From assembly GCA_963744995.1 (NCBI GenBank), contig CAVUWA010000003.1, positions 64,001 to 128,000 on the forward strand: DNA of 64,000 nt, written 5' to 3'. Positions 9,224 through 18,866 of this stretch are shown here, piece by piece. The notes under the pieces were generated by a model. It did no database searches, was not told the DNA's origin, and saw only the letters and a program-made list of their open reading frames with translations. Each line of letters starts with the position of its first letter. Positions within the stretch are counted from its first letter, which is position 1. The DNA comes from Candidatus Eiseniibacteriota bacterium. GTDB taxonomy: Bacteria; Eisenbacteria; RBG-16-71-46. Made by a program: the position numbers and the translations under genes.

Positions 9224-9370
9224 GATGACCTCCCGCCGGCCCTCCCGGCCGGCGCCTGATGTCGTTCGGATGCCGGACCGGGATGCCACCGGCGCCGGTT
9301 CCGATCGGGTGCCGCTGCGTGATCCGGCGCCCGCGTCATGCCGCGCTCCGCGCGACCCACGGGACGCCTT

Positions 9371-9386
9371 AGCAACAGGTCTGCCG
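9371..9386 (-). promoter_or_regulatory. Putative sigma54 (-24/-12) promoter
   Basis: Minus strand CGGCAGACCTGTTGCT has GG-N10-GC with TTGC, oriented toward the gene at 9223. Confidence 0.55.
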
Positions 9387-9596
9387 AAACGTGCGGATCA
9401 CGGAATGACCCTTTTGCGGGCCGTCCCGGGCGTTCATGCATGCAGACCGGGACGCGGGCCTTGCGCCGCGCCGGATTCGCGAGGCGTCTCCATTGCACGT
9501 TGCAACACGCGGTGGGCCGGGCGGGTGAGCTTTCCCGGGCGGTCGCGGCCGGGCGACGGCGGACCCGCGCGCGGGCCCTCTGCTACCTTGGCGGCC

Positions 9597-10661
9597 ATGG
9601 TCAAGTTCTCGGGGCTTCCCGACCCGCTCGAGCCACGGCGGCTGCGCGAGCGCGTGCTGCCGTTCGTGCTGCTCTATGCGTTCGCGTTCGTGCTGCGCGC
9701 CGCAGCCGCCTGGATCGCGGCCGGACCCGGCGCCACCCCCGCCGCGGGCGCGCTGCCCTGCGAGCAGGCCGCGTGGAACCTTGCGAACGGCCACGGCCTC
9801 GCCATCGGCGAGACGCTCGGCCGCTCACCGACCGCGCTCGTGCCGCCGCTGCTGCCGTGGCTGCTGCACTTCGTCTATCGCGTGTTCGGGCGCGACTACT
9901 TCGCGGCGCTCGTCGGCGAAGCGGCGCTGGCGGCCCTCGTGCCGCTGCTCGTGGCGCGGCTCGGCGCGCCGCTGTTCGGCGGCGTCGTGGGCTTCGTCGC
10001 CGGCATCGTCGTCGCCGCCGACCCGCTGCTGCTGTCGTTCGGCGGATCGCTCTACCCCGAGACCCTGCTTGCCGCCGTCATGTTGTGGGCGATGATCGTA
10101 TCCATCGAGTGGGTGCGCGGTCCGACCGGCCGCCGTGCGTTCTGGACCGGCATCGCATGGGGCGTGGCCGCGCTCGCCCACCCCGCCGCGCTGCCGCTGC
10201 CGTTCGTCACCCTGGCGTGGGCGTGGCTGCCGCTCGGGCTGCTGCTGGACGCCCGCACCGCGCGACGGCACATGATCTACGTGCTCGTCGGATGGGGGGT
10301 GGTCGTCGCACCGTGGGCGCTGCGGAACGTCCTCGTGCTCGGCGTGCTCGGCCCCGTGACGAGCGGCGTCCTGCCGCGCGAGAGCGCGGGGCTCACGGGG
10401 GCGCCCGGCACGCTGCTGCCGTGGTGGGTGATCGTGCTGCCGCTGGCACTCTGGGCCACAGCGCGCGTGCTGCGCGGGGCGCGACGGCTGTTCCAGTCAT
10501 ACCCGCTGCTGATCGTGGCCGTGCTGGTGGCAGCCGCGCTGGTCCTCTGGGGATCGTTCGTCGCGCCGCTGCCGCTCGAGCCGCTCATCGTGCTGTTCGC
10601 CGCGGCCGGAGGCGAGGAAGTCTGGCGCAGGTGGAGAAGGCGCGGGCGCGGGGCCGCGTAG
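9597..10661 (+). CDS. ArnT/PMT-like (GT-C fold) membrane glycosyltransferase-like protein
   Basis: Many TM segments; A.NLANGHG, PPLLP, LYPETL, PWALRN motifs typical of the family. Confidence 0.75.
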   Translation: MVKFSGLPDPLEPRRLRERVLPFVLLYAFAFVLRAAAAWIAAGPGATPAAGALPCEQAAWNLANGHGLAIGETLGRSPTALVPPLLPWLLHFVYRVFGRDYFAALVGEAALAALVPLLVARLGAPLFGGVVGFVAGIVVAADPLLLSFGGSLYPETLLAAVMLWAMIVSIEWVRGPTGRRAFWTGIAWGVAALAHPAALPLPFVTLAWAWLPLGLLLDARTARRHMIYVLVGWGVVVAPWALRNVLVLGVLGPVTSGVLPRESAGLTGAPGTLLPWWVIVLPLALWATARVLRGARRLFQSYPLLIVAVLVAAALVLWGSFVAPLPLEPLIVLFAAAGGEEVWRRWRRRGRGAA

Positions 10662-10689
10662 CGTCAGCGCCGCGGGTCGTCAGCTTTCT

Positions 10690-11277
10690 TCATGCCCCGC
10701 TCGCCCCTCCTTCCCAGTCCCGCCTCAACAGCCCGTACAGCCCCGAGTCGCTCACCTCGCCCTCGACGATCCAGCGCTCGCGCAGCAGGCCTTCGCGCAC
10801 GAAGCCGAGCCGCTCGAGGCTTCGCACCGAGCGCGCGTTGCGCGGATCCACGTCGGCCTCGATCCGGTTCAGGTCGAGCTCGCCGAACCCGTACGAGATC
10901 AACGCCGTGAGCGCCTCGCGCATGTAGCCCCCGCCCCAGAACGCGCGCGCCATGCAGTAGCCGATTTCGGCGCGGCGGCACTGCCAGTGGAAGTCGAACA
11001 GATTGCAGATCCCGATGATCCCTGCCCCGGTCCCGCGCTCCATGCCGAGGCGCAGGTGTTCGCCCTCCGGCATGGCGAGCAGGTCGCGCGTGATCATCTG
11101 GTGCGCCCTTTCGATCGACGCCCACGGTCCCGTGTTCATGTGGCGCATGACGTCGGGGTCGGAGAAGATCGCGAACAATCCCTCGGCGTCACCCGCCTGC
11201 AGCGGACGCAGCAGCAGCCGTGGCGTGGTGAGCGACACCCGATCGAAGGCGCGCGGCCCGCCGCCCGCCTCAGCCAT
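10690..11277 (-). CDS. GNAT N-acetyltransferase, RimJ/RimL type
   Basis: LTTPRLLLRPL, AEIGY, FWGGGYMREA, DPRNARSVRSLERLGFVREG. Confidence 0.93.
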   Translation of the reverse strand: MAEAGGGPRAFDRVSLTTPRLLLRPLQAGDAEGLFAIFSDPDVMRHMNTGPWASIERAHQMITRDLLAMPEGEHLRLGMERGTGAGIIGICNLFDFHWQCRRAEIGYCMARAFWGGGYMREALTALISYGFGELDLNRIEADVDPRNARSVRSLERLGFVREGLLRERWIVEGEVSDSGLYGLLRRDWEGGASGA

Positions 11278-11331
11278 GCGCGATCCATGCGGTGCGGCGG
11301 ACCGCGACGCAACGATGCGGGCCCGCTGCGG

Positions 11332-11613
11332 TCACGGCGTCACGTCCACGGTCGCCCCCGTGTACTTCGCCCACAGCAGAATCAGGTAGCCGATCGTCAC
11401 GGCCAGCGGGAAGCCGGTGTACTGGAAGACGTGGCTCTGGTTGCTCCGGATCTCGTTGGGCGGGATCTTCGAGAATACCCGGGCGCCGAACCGCACGTCG
11501 ATCCGCCCGTAGATCGAGATGATCGAGTACAGCACGAGCGCTCCGCCGATCGTGAACTGCGCCCACACCGGCAGCGAGTCCAGCATCGCGGACAACTGAC
11601 GCAGCATCCGCAT
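11332..11613 (-). CDS. Small hypothetical membrane protein (2 TM)
   Basis: Two hydrophobic helices; purine-rich GAGGAGGGG upstream; fills the gap in a same-strand gene run. Confidence 0.7.
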   Translation of the reverse strand: MRMLRQLSAMLDSLPVWAQFTIGGALVLYSIISIYGRIDVRFGARVFSKIPPNEIRSNQSHVFQYTGFPLAVTIGYLILLWAKYTGATVDVTP

Positions 11614-11683
11614 CGCATCCCCCTCCTCTGCGGCCTGCGGCCGGCGCGTCCGGCGGTGCCGGGCCGCCGCGGGCGGATGGAAC

Positions 11684-12451
11684 TCACACGGCCCGGACGC
11701 CCAGCATCACGTCCAGCGCCGACTCCACGTGGATCGCGGCCGTGTCGTAGAACGGCACGCCGCCGTGTCCGTCCATGCGCAGCACCAGCGAAAGCTCGGT
11801 TCCCGCGATCAGCAGGCCTTCGACGCCCTCGTCGTCGCGCAGGCGCTCCAGGATGCGCAGCAATCCGGCGCGGGTCTCCTCCCTGACGACCCCGAGCAGC
11901 AGTTCGCCGAAGTACCGCTCGTGAATCCAGTCCTGCTCTTCGGCGCCCGGCGTCACGATCGCGATGCCGGCCGGCTCGAACACGTCCGGATAGAAGCGCC
12001 CGACCATGGTGAAACGCGTGCCGAACAGCGCGAGCCGTCCGCGGCCGTCGGCCCGGGCCCGCTCGCACGCGGCCTCGACGATGCTGATCAGCGGGATCCG
12101 CGACGCCTGCTGGACGGCATCGAAGACGATGTGGGGCGTGTTCGCGGCGATCAGCCCGAACTCGGCACCGGCGCGGGCCAGCGTCTCCACGCCGGCGGCG
12201 ACCTGGCGCGTCAGATCCTCCAGGCGGCCGGCGGTCACCGCGTCGACGGCCGGCTCGAGGTCGAGGCTGTTCACCAGGAACGCCGGGTAGTGGCCGTCGC
12301 CGGTCCGCTCGCGAAACCGCGAGACGATCATCTGGTAGTAGTCGACGGTCGATTCGGGGCCCAGGCCGCCGACGATGCCGAGGCGGCGCGGCGCGGCGCG
12401 CCCGAGGTCGGCCGCCCGGCCGGAGGACCCTCCCGCCTCCGCACGTCGCAC
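11684..12451 (-). CDS. Aspartate/glutamate racemase family protein (catalytic Cys residues absent)
   Basis: LGIVGGLGPESTVDYY, IAANTPH, LFGTRFTM, IAGTEL. Confidence 0.88.
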   Translation of the reverse strand: MRRAEAGGSSGRAADLGRAAPRRLGIVGGLGPESTVDYYQMIVSRFRERTGDGHYPAFLVNSLDLEPAVDAVTAGRLEDLTRQVAAGVETLARAGAEFGLIAANTPHIVFDAVQQASRIPLISIVEAACERARADGRGRLALFGTRFTMVGRFYPDVFEPAGIAIVTPGAEEQDWIHERYFGELLLGVVREETRAGLLRILERLRDDEGVEGLLIAGTELSLVLRMDGHGGVPFYDTAAIHVESALDVMLGVRAV

Positions 12452-12455
12452 GGCG

Positions 12456-13217
12456 TCAGTTCCTGTACTCCGGAGGCGGCAGGAACAGGCTCGCGTCCGG
12501 TGGGTTGCGATCCGCGCTGAGCGAGATCATCTCGTACATGGTCGTGCCGTTGTCGTAGACGCCCCAGGCCGGCACGCGCAGGTTGCCGAAGCGACGCAGC
12601 GGCCCGAGCGTGTAGCGATATTCCGGCGTCGCCTTGACGATCGGCTCCTTGCGCGCGTTGAGGATCACCCAGCCTCCCAGCGTGCCGTCCGGTCCGAGGA
12701 ACTCGATGCGTTTCGTTCCCGGGATGTCGCCCTCGCCGAAGCGCAGTTCGTAGAACGCATCGTCGGCGGCCACGGCGTGCACCAACCGGTAGAAGTTGAA
12801 CGGCGCACGCGCGAGGTCGCCGGCGAGCGCCTCGTCCGAACCGTAGGCGAAGGTGCCGTCCCGGAGCGTCCAGCGCCGGCCCTCGGGACTGTACACGCGG
12901 AGTTCGTGACGGATCTCGCTCTTGCGATCGGCCCGCGAGCGGGGGCCGGTGAAGTCGAGGGTCTCGTTCTCGACGTAGGTGTCCACGCGGTTCCATGGAT
13001 GCCACTCGTGCACGAGGTGGAGACTGTGCAGATTCGCCCAGATCTCCTTCCCGCCCATGGCCTCGACCATGGCCCTGGCATCGCGGATGGCGGCGGCATC
13101 TCCGCGCAGTCCGCCCGCGCCGCCGGATCCCGCCGTCTCCGTCGTCGCTCCCGTCGTTCCCCACGCGAGCACCGTCGCGGTCGCCACCGTCAGGATCACC
13201 CGTGTCGCAACGCGCAT
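12456..13217 (-). CDS. Secreted hypothetical protein
   Basis: GGAGG RBS, signal-peptide-like N-terminus, MVEAMGGKEIW and C-terminal PPDASLFLPP as seen in beta-rich periplasmic (LolA-like) proteins. Confidence 0.7.
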   Translation of the reverse strand: MRVATRVILTVATATVLAWGTTGATTETAGSGGAGGLRGDAAAIRDARAMVEAMGGKEIWANLHSLHLVHEWHPWNRVDTYVENETLDFTGPRSRADRKSEIRHELRVYSPEGRRWTLRDGTFAYGSDEALAGDLARAPFNFYRLVHAVAADDAFYELRFGEGDIPGTKRIEFLGPDGTLGGWVILNARKEPIVKATPEYRYTLGPLRRFGNLRVPAWGVYDNGTTMYEMISLSADRNPPDASLFLPPPEYRN

Positions 13218-13306
13218 CTCGTCTGCCTCCCTCGTCGAGCCGCCGATTCCCCGCTCCCGGCACGTGCCGGAGGATGCCGAAGGGCGGCCACAGGTGTCTT
13301 CCCCGG

Positions 13307-14455
13307 TCACTTCGGTGCGTCGGATGCGAAGACGAATCGTTCGAGAAACGCGCGCGCGAACGGCGAGCGATCGACGGCCGCTTCGCTGAGGGGATTATCC
13401 CACCACACCCCTTCGCCGTTCGCCAGTACCGCGAATGCCAGATGTCGCTCGGGCACCAGCAGCAGCAGCGCCGAGTAGCCCGCCGCTTCGTCCCAGCCGG
13501 AGTGCCAGAGGAGCCGCACGCCGCGGACCTCCTGCACGAACCACCCGTACGCGTAGGGCAGCGGGCGTCCGTCCCGGCCCGCAGGCGGGGTGAACAGCTT
13601 CTTCATCACCGGTTTCGAGGCGAGGGTGCCCGCTTCCAGCGCCGCGGCGTACTTCGACAGATCGAGCACCGTGGACACCACCCCGGCGCCGCCGGCGATG
13701 GCGCGCTTGGGCGCGGGCCGCAGTCTCCACTGGCCGTTCTCGACGCCGTACCCGCGCGCCATGTCGAACCCCACCTCCATCTTGCTGCGATCCCACAGAC
13801 TCGCCACGGTGCGCGTCATCCCAGCCGGGCCGAGCACGTGCGCCTGGATCTGGCGCGCCAGCTCGTTCATCCCGCCCTCGATATCGGTCGAGTCGTTGAC
13901 CACCCATTCGAGGTAGCGCGAGAGGCGCGAGAACATGACCGGGTTGTACATGAACGCCCCGCCCGGAACGCCGTTCGAGGTATGGGTGAGCACGGTGCGC
14001 ACGGTGATCGGCGCGGCGCAGTCGAGGCGGCGCCCGAAAACCAGCTTCGAGGAGGCGAGCCAGTGACAGAAGTCCTCGAAGCCGGGCACGTCGGCCATGC
14101 GATCGTCGAGGCGGACGACCCCCTCTTCCTCGAGATCGAGGAACGTGAGGCCGACGAACGTCTTGGTGATCGAGGCGATCCAGAACGGCGTGTCGGGCGT
14201 GACCGGTACCCGCTCGTCCACGTCCGCGACCCCGAAGCCCTGCGCCCAGAGCAGCGTCCCGTCGCGGGTCACCGATACCGCCATGCCCGGGATCGCGTGC
14301 GCCCGCATCAGCGAATCGAGCGTGGCGCGGAACGCCGGGAACCCCGGCGTCGCCCCTGCGCCGGCGGCGGGCGCTGCAAGGAAGCTGATGACGAGCGCGG
14401 CGCAGGCGGCGGCGAGGCATCCGGCCGCCCTGGCGGAGGGGGTGATTCGGGCCAT
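13307..14455 (-). CDS. Serine hydrolase, class C beta-lactamase-related family
   Basis: Signal peptide; F.IASITK (SxxK), LTHTS, FMYN, YAYGW, WHSG. Confidence 0.92.
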   Translation of the reverse strand: MARITPSARAAGCLAAACAALVISFLAAPAAGAGATPGFPAFRATLDSLMRAHAIPGMAVSVTRDGTLLWAQGFGVADVDERVPVTPDTPFWIASITKTFVGLTFLDLEEEGVVRLDDRMADVPGFEDFCHWLASSKLVFGRRLDCAAPITVRTVLTHTSNGVPGGAFMYNPVMFSRLSRYLEWVVNDSTDIEGGMNELARQIQAHVLGPAGMTRTVASLWDRSKMEVGFDMARGYGVENGQWRLRPAPKRAIAGGAGVVSTVLDLSKYAAALEAGTLASKPVMKKLFTPPAGRDGRPLPYAYGWFVQEVRGVRLLWHSGWDEAAGYSALLLLVPERHLAFAVLANGEGVWWDNPLSEAAVDRSPFARAFLERFVFASDAPK

Positions 14456-14557
14456 GGCTGACTTTCCTGCTGAGGTTGCGGACGAACTGCGTTTCGAGAT
14501 CGCGGCGCGGACGGTCGGGGACGCGGCGGCGGCGCGACCGCCTCGAGGGGCGCGGAG

Positions 14558-16897
14558 CTAGCGGACCGGCCGGCCCGCCCAGGCCTGGAACGCCTTCCGC
14601 ATCACGGCCTCCGCGGGCTTGCCCTGTGGCGTGAAGCCGGCATCCTCGGGTCCCCCCATGTCCGGGTTCGTGTACCACTTCCAAAAGAACGCGCCGGCCA
14701 CCCACGGCTCGTTGCCGAGCGCGCCGACCAGCGCCTCGTAGCAGGCCCGCTGCGTCTCGAGATCGATCTTTCCCTGCCGCTCTTCCCACGGCCTCAGGGC
14801 GGCCTCGTCCATCGGCGCGTAACCGACCTCCGTGAGCAGCACCGGTCTTCCCGCGCGCGCACCGACCGCGCGCAGACCGTCGATCGCCCTCCTGGCGCCC
14901 GCGCGCAACGTCGCAACCGACGACGTCTTCGCCTCGGCGAGCGGCTGATAGAACGAAACGCCGACCAGATCGAGCGCGTCCCAGAACGCGATCTTCTGCA
15001 CCTCGTCGCCCCAGTTGGCGCCGTAGGTGAGCGTGCCGCCGTAAACCCGGCGCACGTCGCCGATCAGCGCGCGCCAGCGATCCGGGAAGCCGAGCGACGC
15101 CGTCACCAGCTCGTGGCCCACGACGAGCCCGTCGAAGCCCTCGCGTTCGGCCATGATCGCGTAGTGGAGGATCCACTCCCGGTACTGCGCGAAGAACGCG
15201 TCCCAGCCGGCCGGCGTGAACTGGAGATCTCCCACCCAGCCGCGCGTCCACAGGTGCGGCTTGAGCCAGACCCTGAGCCCGGCCGCGCGTGCGTGCACTC
15301 CGGCTTCGATCACCGCTTCGTCGGTCTCCTCGTTCACGCCCCCTTCGGTGCTCGGACGGATCACCGGCGTCCCCGTCGACGGCAGGTAACCGAACGGAGT
15401 GAGCGACACCCAGCCGGCGCCCATCGCCCGCAGCGACTTCAACTCCTCCGCGCACGAGTGCGACAGATAGCCGCGTTCGAGGCTCACCGCGTGCGCCAGG
15501 CATACGCCGCTCTGGAAGCCGTCGGCAGGACGCCAGGGGCGCGGGCGGTGCTCGGCGCGCTCCCCCCGGCCGACCCGTGACAGCGAATCGGCGAGCACCG
15601 AATAGCGCGCACGTACCGCCGCCGGGTTCACCCGTGCGGCCGCACACAGCGCCTCGAGGCCGGGCACGCCGTCCACGAGGAGCAGCCGCCGCACCGCGGC
15701 CGGTCCGTCGCGGCCCGCCACCTCGTACACGGCCCGCACCAGCAGCGCGCGCGCGGGAAGCTCGATGAGCGGCGAGCGCCAGCGCCCGGGATCGGCCGCG
15801 GCATCGCGGGCGCGCGGCAGCAGACGCGCGAAGTAGAGGCGCGCGAGCGACTGTTCGAGCGTTTCTCCCTCGAAGCGCCCGGCCAGCCATGCCGCCGCCG
15901 GATCCAGCCACGGCCCGCGCACGGCGCCGAGCCGCACGAGCCGCGCCGCGGCCACCGCCCGGCCGTCCGCGCGTTCGCGTCCCGCCTGCAGCGCTTCGTG
16001 CACGCGGCCATCGTCGTCGAGGCTGCCCGGCCGCGTGTTGCGCACGATCTCGCCCTTCTGTTCGAGCGAAGCGTACACGGTCACGTCGACGGGCGGCGCG
16101 TCCGGCGAGCCGAAGCCCATCGCGCCCATGCGCGCGAGCACCACCTCCGCCCCGGCGCGCAGCACGCGGATGTCGCCGGCAGCGGGCGCCGCGTGCACGC
16201 GCACGCCCTGGCCCGCGGTCTCGGCCAGCGATTTCGCGAACGCCGCGCGTTCGCGCTCGCGGTCACGGTCGAGGGCCGGGTCATAACGCCAGGGCGCGGC
16301 CGCCGACTGCGCGAACCTGCCCGTGCGCACGACCTCGCCCCCTCTGAAGATCCGCCAGTCGGATTCACCGAACCAGAAGCCGCCGCCGCGACGCGCAATC
16401 GCGTCGGCCGAGTTGCCGGCGATGAGCAGCGCGAAGTGCTTCGGCCCGCGCGGGTTCGGATACACCAGATGGATCGCGTCGTCCGGCTTCGCGTAGCGCG
16501 TGCCCGCCCACTCGAACGCGTGCGTCTCGAAGCGCACCGGCAGCCCGGCGACGAGTCGCGCCGCGATCGCGTTCTCGCGCGGCGCGCCGAGTACGACGAG
16601 CGAGTTGCGGGCCAGCTCGGCGTCCTTCACCTCGTAGTCGGCGCGCACCCGGGTCGAGTCGAGGCCGAACAGGCGGCGCGCGAACAGCCGCGCGCGCGCC
16701 TCCAGCTTCGGCGTCGCGTCCGGGTCGCGCGTGCCGTAGACGAACAGCCACGATTCGGCATCGAGCCCCGCTTCCATCTGCGCGCGCGTGTAGGGCGGCG
16801 CGGCGGGCGCGGCCAGCGGAGCGCCCGCCCGCGGCGCCGACCCCACGGCGGTGCAGGCGAGCACGGCGGCGGCCGCCCATGGGCGCGCGCGGCGCAT
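14558..16897 (-). CDS. Secreted multidomain protein with C-terminal GH113-like (beta/alpha)8 glycoside hydrolase
   Basis: C-terminal LKPHLW, VVGHEL, TYGANW, FWDALD.VGVSFYQPL, LTEVGY, FFWKW, FTPQGKPAE; about 450-aa N-terminal region. Confidence 0.8.
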   Translation of the reverse strand: MRRARPWAAAAVLACTAVGSAPRAGAPLAAPAAPPYTRAQMEAGLDAESWLFVYGTRDPDATPKLEARARLFARRLFGLDSTRVRADYEVKDAELARNSLVVLGAPRENAIAARLVAGLPVRFETHAFEWAGTRYAKPDDAIHLVYPNPRGPKHFALLIAGNSADAIARRGGGFWFGESDWRIFRGGEVVRTGRFAQSAAAPWRYDPALDRDRERERAAFAKSLAETAGQGVRVHAAPAAGDIRVLRAGAEVVLARMGAMGFGSPDAPPVDVTVYASLEQKGEIVRNTRPGSLDDDGRVHEALQAGRERADGRAVAAARLVRLGAVRGPWLDPAAAWLAGRFEGETLEQSLARLYFARLLPRARDAAADPGRWRSPLIELPARALLVRAVYEVAGRDGPAAVRRLLLVDGVPGLEALCAAARVNPAAVRARYSVLADSLSRVGRGERAEHRPRPWRPADGFQSGVCLAHAVSLERGYLSHSCAEELKSLRAMGAGWVSLTPFGYLPSTGTPVIRPSTEGGVNEETDEAVIEAGVHARAAGLRVWLKPHLWTRGWVGDLQFTPAGWDAFFAQYREWILHYAIMAEREGFDGLVVGHELVTASLGFPDRWRALIGDVRRVYGGTLTYGANWGDEVQKIAFWDALDLVGVSFYQPLAEAKTSSVATLRAGARRAIDGLRAVGARAGRPVLLTEVGYAPMDEAALRPWEERQGKIDLETQRACYEALVGALGNEPWVAGAFFWKWYTNPDMGGPEDAGFTPQGKPAEAVMRKAFQAWAGRPVR

Positions 16898-17565
16898 CAG
16901 TTGGGAATGACGCTGGCGACCTTGAAACGGAACGTGTAGTTGCGCGGGCGATCGTCGATGTTGAACACCAGATCGACGCCGAACTCGGTGTCCACGTAGT
17001 GGATCGCCGAATCGTCCTCCGGCAGCAGGCGGCGGTGGAGCTGCTCTTCCGAGCCGGCGGGATCCATCAGGTACGACATCGGGAAGGTGTAGTCCCCGTA
17101 GCGCTGCATGCCGGGAATCTGCGTCGGGGCGAGTGCCGAGTTGCGGTCGGTCCAGCGCGTCGAGCCGTGGGCGACGCGGTCGGTGCCGGCCTGGGGCACG
17201 TAAAACGTGGAGCGGTCCCAGTCGATCCAGATCGGCCGGTCGGTGAGGTTCTCGACCTGGAAGTGCAGGGCGTCGGTGGACGGCCGGAAGTAGAACGACA
17301 GCTCGCGGTCGCGGAACGTGAAGTTGCTGCTGCCGGGAGCGATCTGCCGGAACCGGTACTGGTACTTCGCGGTCTCGGAGCCGATCTGCCAGCCCGCGGA
17401 GTCCGCCGCACCGCTCACGATGCCGGTGTAGCCGGTCTCACTGTTGACCGTCGGCAGCTGGCTCGGCGTGGGCCCTTCGCCTGCGGGGCCGGACGCGGAA
17501 CAGCCGGCGACGAACCATGCAAGGAGCGCGAAGCACGCGCCACGGATCGAGCGAAGGTCATGCAC
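16897..17565 (-). CDS. Hypothetical lipoprotein
   Basis: Lipobox FVAGC; beta-rich body (FQVENLTDRPIWIDWD, YTFRFKV). Confidence 0.8.
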   Translation of the reverse strand: MHDLRSIRGACFALLAWFVAGCSASGPAGEGPTPSQLPTVNSETGYTGIVSGAADSAGWQIGSETAKYQYRFRQIAPGSSNFTFRDRELSFYFRPSTDALHFQVENLTDRPIWIDWDRSTFYVPQAGTDRVAHGSTRWTDRNSALAPTQIPGMQRYGDYTFPMSYLMDPAGSEEQLHRRLLPEDDSAIHYVDTEFGVDLVFNIDDRPRNYTFRFKVASVIPN

Positions 17566-17571
17566 GAGGCG

Positions 17572-17600
17572 AGACTAGGCGCGCCGGGCGGGGGCGTCAA
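17572..17600 (-). promoter_or_regulatory. Sigma70-type promoter, leaderless
   Basis: TTGACG-N17-TAGTCT, 6 nt before GTG at 17565. Confidence 0.7.
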
Positions 17601-17693
17601 GAATTCGTAACGCACGGAACCGGGGCATGGCGTCACGCGCTGCGGGTCGGATGTTCGGGTCAGCGTGCGGTTCCGGGCGGAAGTGCGCCGGTC

Positions 17694-18866
17694 TCAGAAC
17701 GCCGGCACGCGTCCGGCGTAGCCGGTGAGCTCGACGTAGCCGACGCCCGATGCGGTGTGCGCCCCGTCGCGGCCGCCGATTCGCACGCTGCCCTCCCAGT
17801 AGTGAACGCCCACCGCGCCGCCCGTCACCAGCTCCTGATCGGCGACGTTCGGCGTGACCGCGAGATCGAGTCCGGCGGACGGCACCCGAACCTTCCAGCC
17901 GGCCGGGTAGACGGCGCCGGTGCGGCCGCTCTTCCACTCCCCGGTGGCTTCGATCGAGAATGCCTCCCTGGGCAGGTGCGTGGTGCGGCCCTCGGCGCCG
18001 ATCAGCGTGCCGCTCGAGAAGGGATCGGTGCCGCCGTCCTTCAGCCGCATGCGGTAGAGCATCAGCTCACGACCGTCGTCGAGCTGCAGGCTGAACCAGT
18101 CCCAGCCCGCCTGATCCGGGGCGAGCTGGTTGCTGCCGAACTCGTGGTCCATCCACGCCACCCCCGTCACCGGAACCGTGCGGCCGTCCTGCTCGATCCG
18201 CCCCTTCGCCGCCATGCGCGACAGCGAGTAGTAGTGCGACGCGCGGCCGAGCCCCGCTGCCTTGCGGCTCACCCCGCCCTCGCCGTGAATCGCCGGCGGC
18301 TTCTCCGGCGCGAGATCCAGCGCGAGCCCGAAGCCCTTCCCTGCGGCATCGAGCCGATGTGTCACGCCGTCGTCACCGAGCCGGACCGACCAGTCGTCGA
18401 TCCATGTGTGCAGCCGCGTCGAGTCGGCGCCGGCGAGCCCCAGCGCGGGCCGGCCGAGCTTCTCCGCGAACATGAAGCGATCGGCGTCGATGTCGGTCAG
18501 GGCCAGATGCGCGAAGTACAGCGTATGGAATGCCCACGCGGACGGGTCGTGCTCGCGCGAACGGTCGATGCCGACCCGGAAGAACGTGAGCTCGAAGCCG
18601 TAGCGGCCGCCGCCTTCGGCCTCGAGGTTGCCCGTGTAGTACCACCACTCGGTGCGGTAGTCGGGATGCGAGGCGTGATCGCGCGGAAACGCGAATGCGT
18701 AGGGCGGCACCGCGAGCCGGTAGCCCTCGGCCGTGCGCGGCGCCGACGGGCGGGCGGCGGCGGAGAGGGACGATCCGGGGCCCGCCGCCCACGCGGCGGC
18801 ACCGGCGAGCGCGGCCGCCAGCAGCACCGCTGCGCGTCGCGCCGCCCCGCGCTGCGCGCCGCTCAT
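17694..18866 (-). CDS. AttH/CrtC-like lipocalin-domain secreted protein
   Basis: FPRDHASHPDYRTEWWYYTGNL, FELTFFR, ASHYYSLSR, AWMDHEF, GWDWFSLQL, DQEL, YWEG, GYVELTGY. Start ATG 18866 overlaps the permease stop. Confidence 0.9.
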   Translation of the reverse strand: MSGAQRGAARRAAVLLAAALAGAAAWAAGPGSSLSAAARPSAPRTAEGYRLAVPPYAFAFPRDHASHPDYRTEWWYYTGNLEAEGGGRYGFELTFFRVGIDRSREHDPSAWAFHTLYFAHLALTDIDADRFMFAEKLGRPALGLAGADSTRLHTWIDDWSVRLGDDGVTHRLDAAGKGFGLALDLAPEKPPAIHGEGGVSRKAAGLGRASHYYSLSRMAAKGRIEQDGRTVPVTGVAWMDHEFGSNQLAPDQAGWDWFSLQLDDGRELMLYRMRLKDGGTDPFSSGTLIGAEGRTTHLPREAFSIEATGEWKSGRTGAVYPAGWKVRVPSAGLDLAVTPNVADQELVTGGAVGVHYWEGSVRIGGRDGAHTASGVGYVELTGYAGRVPAF

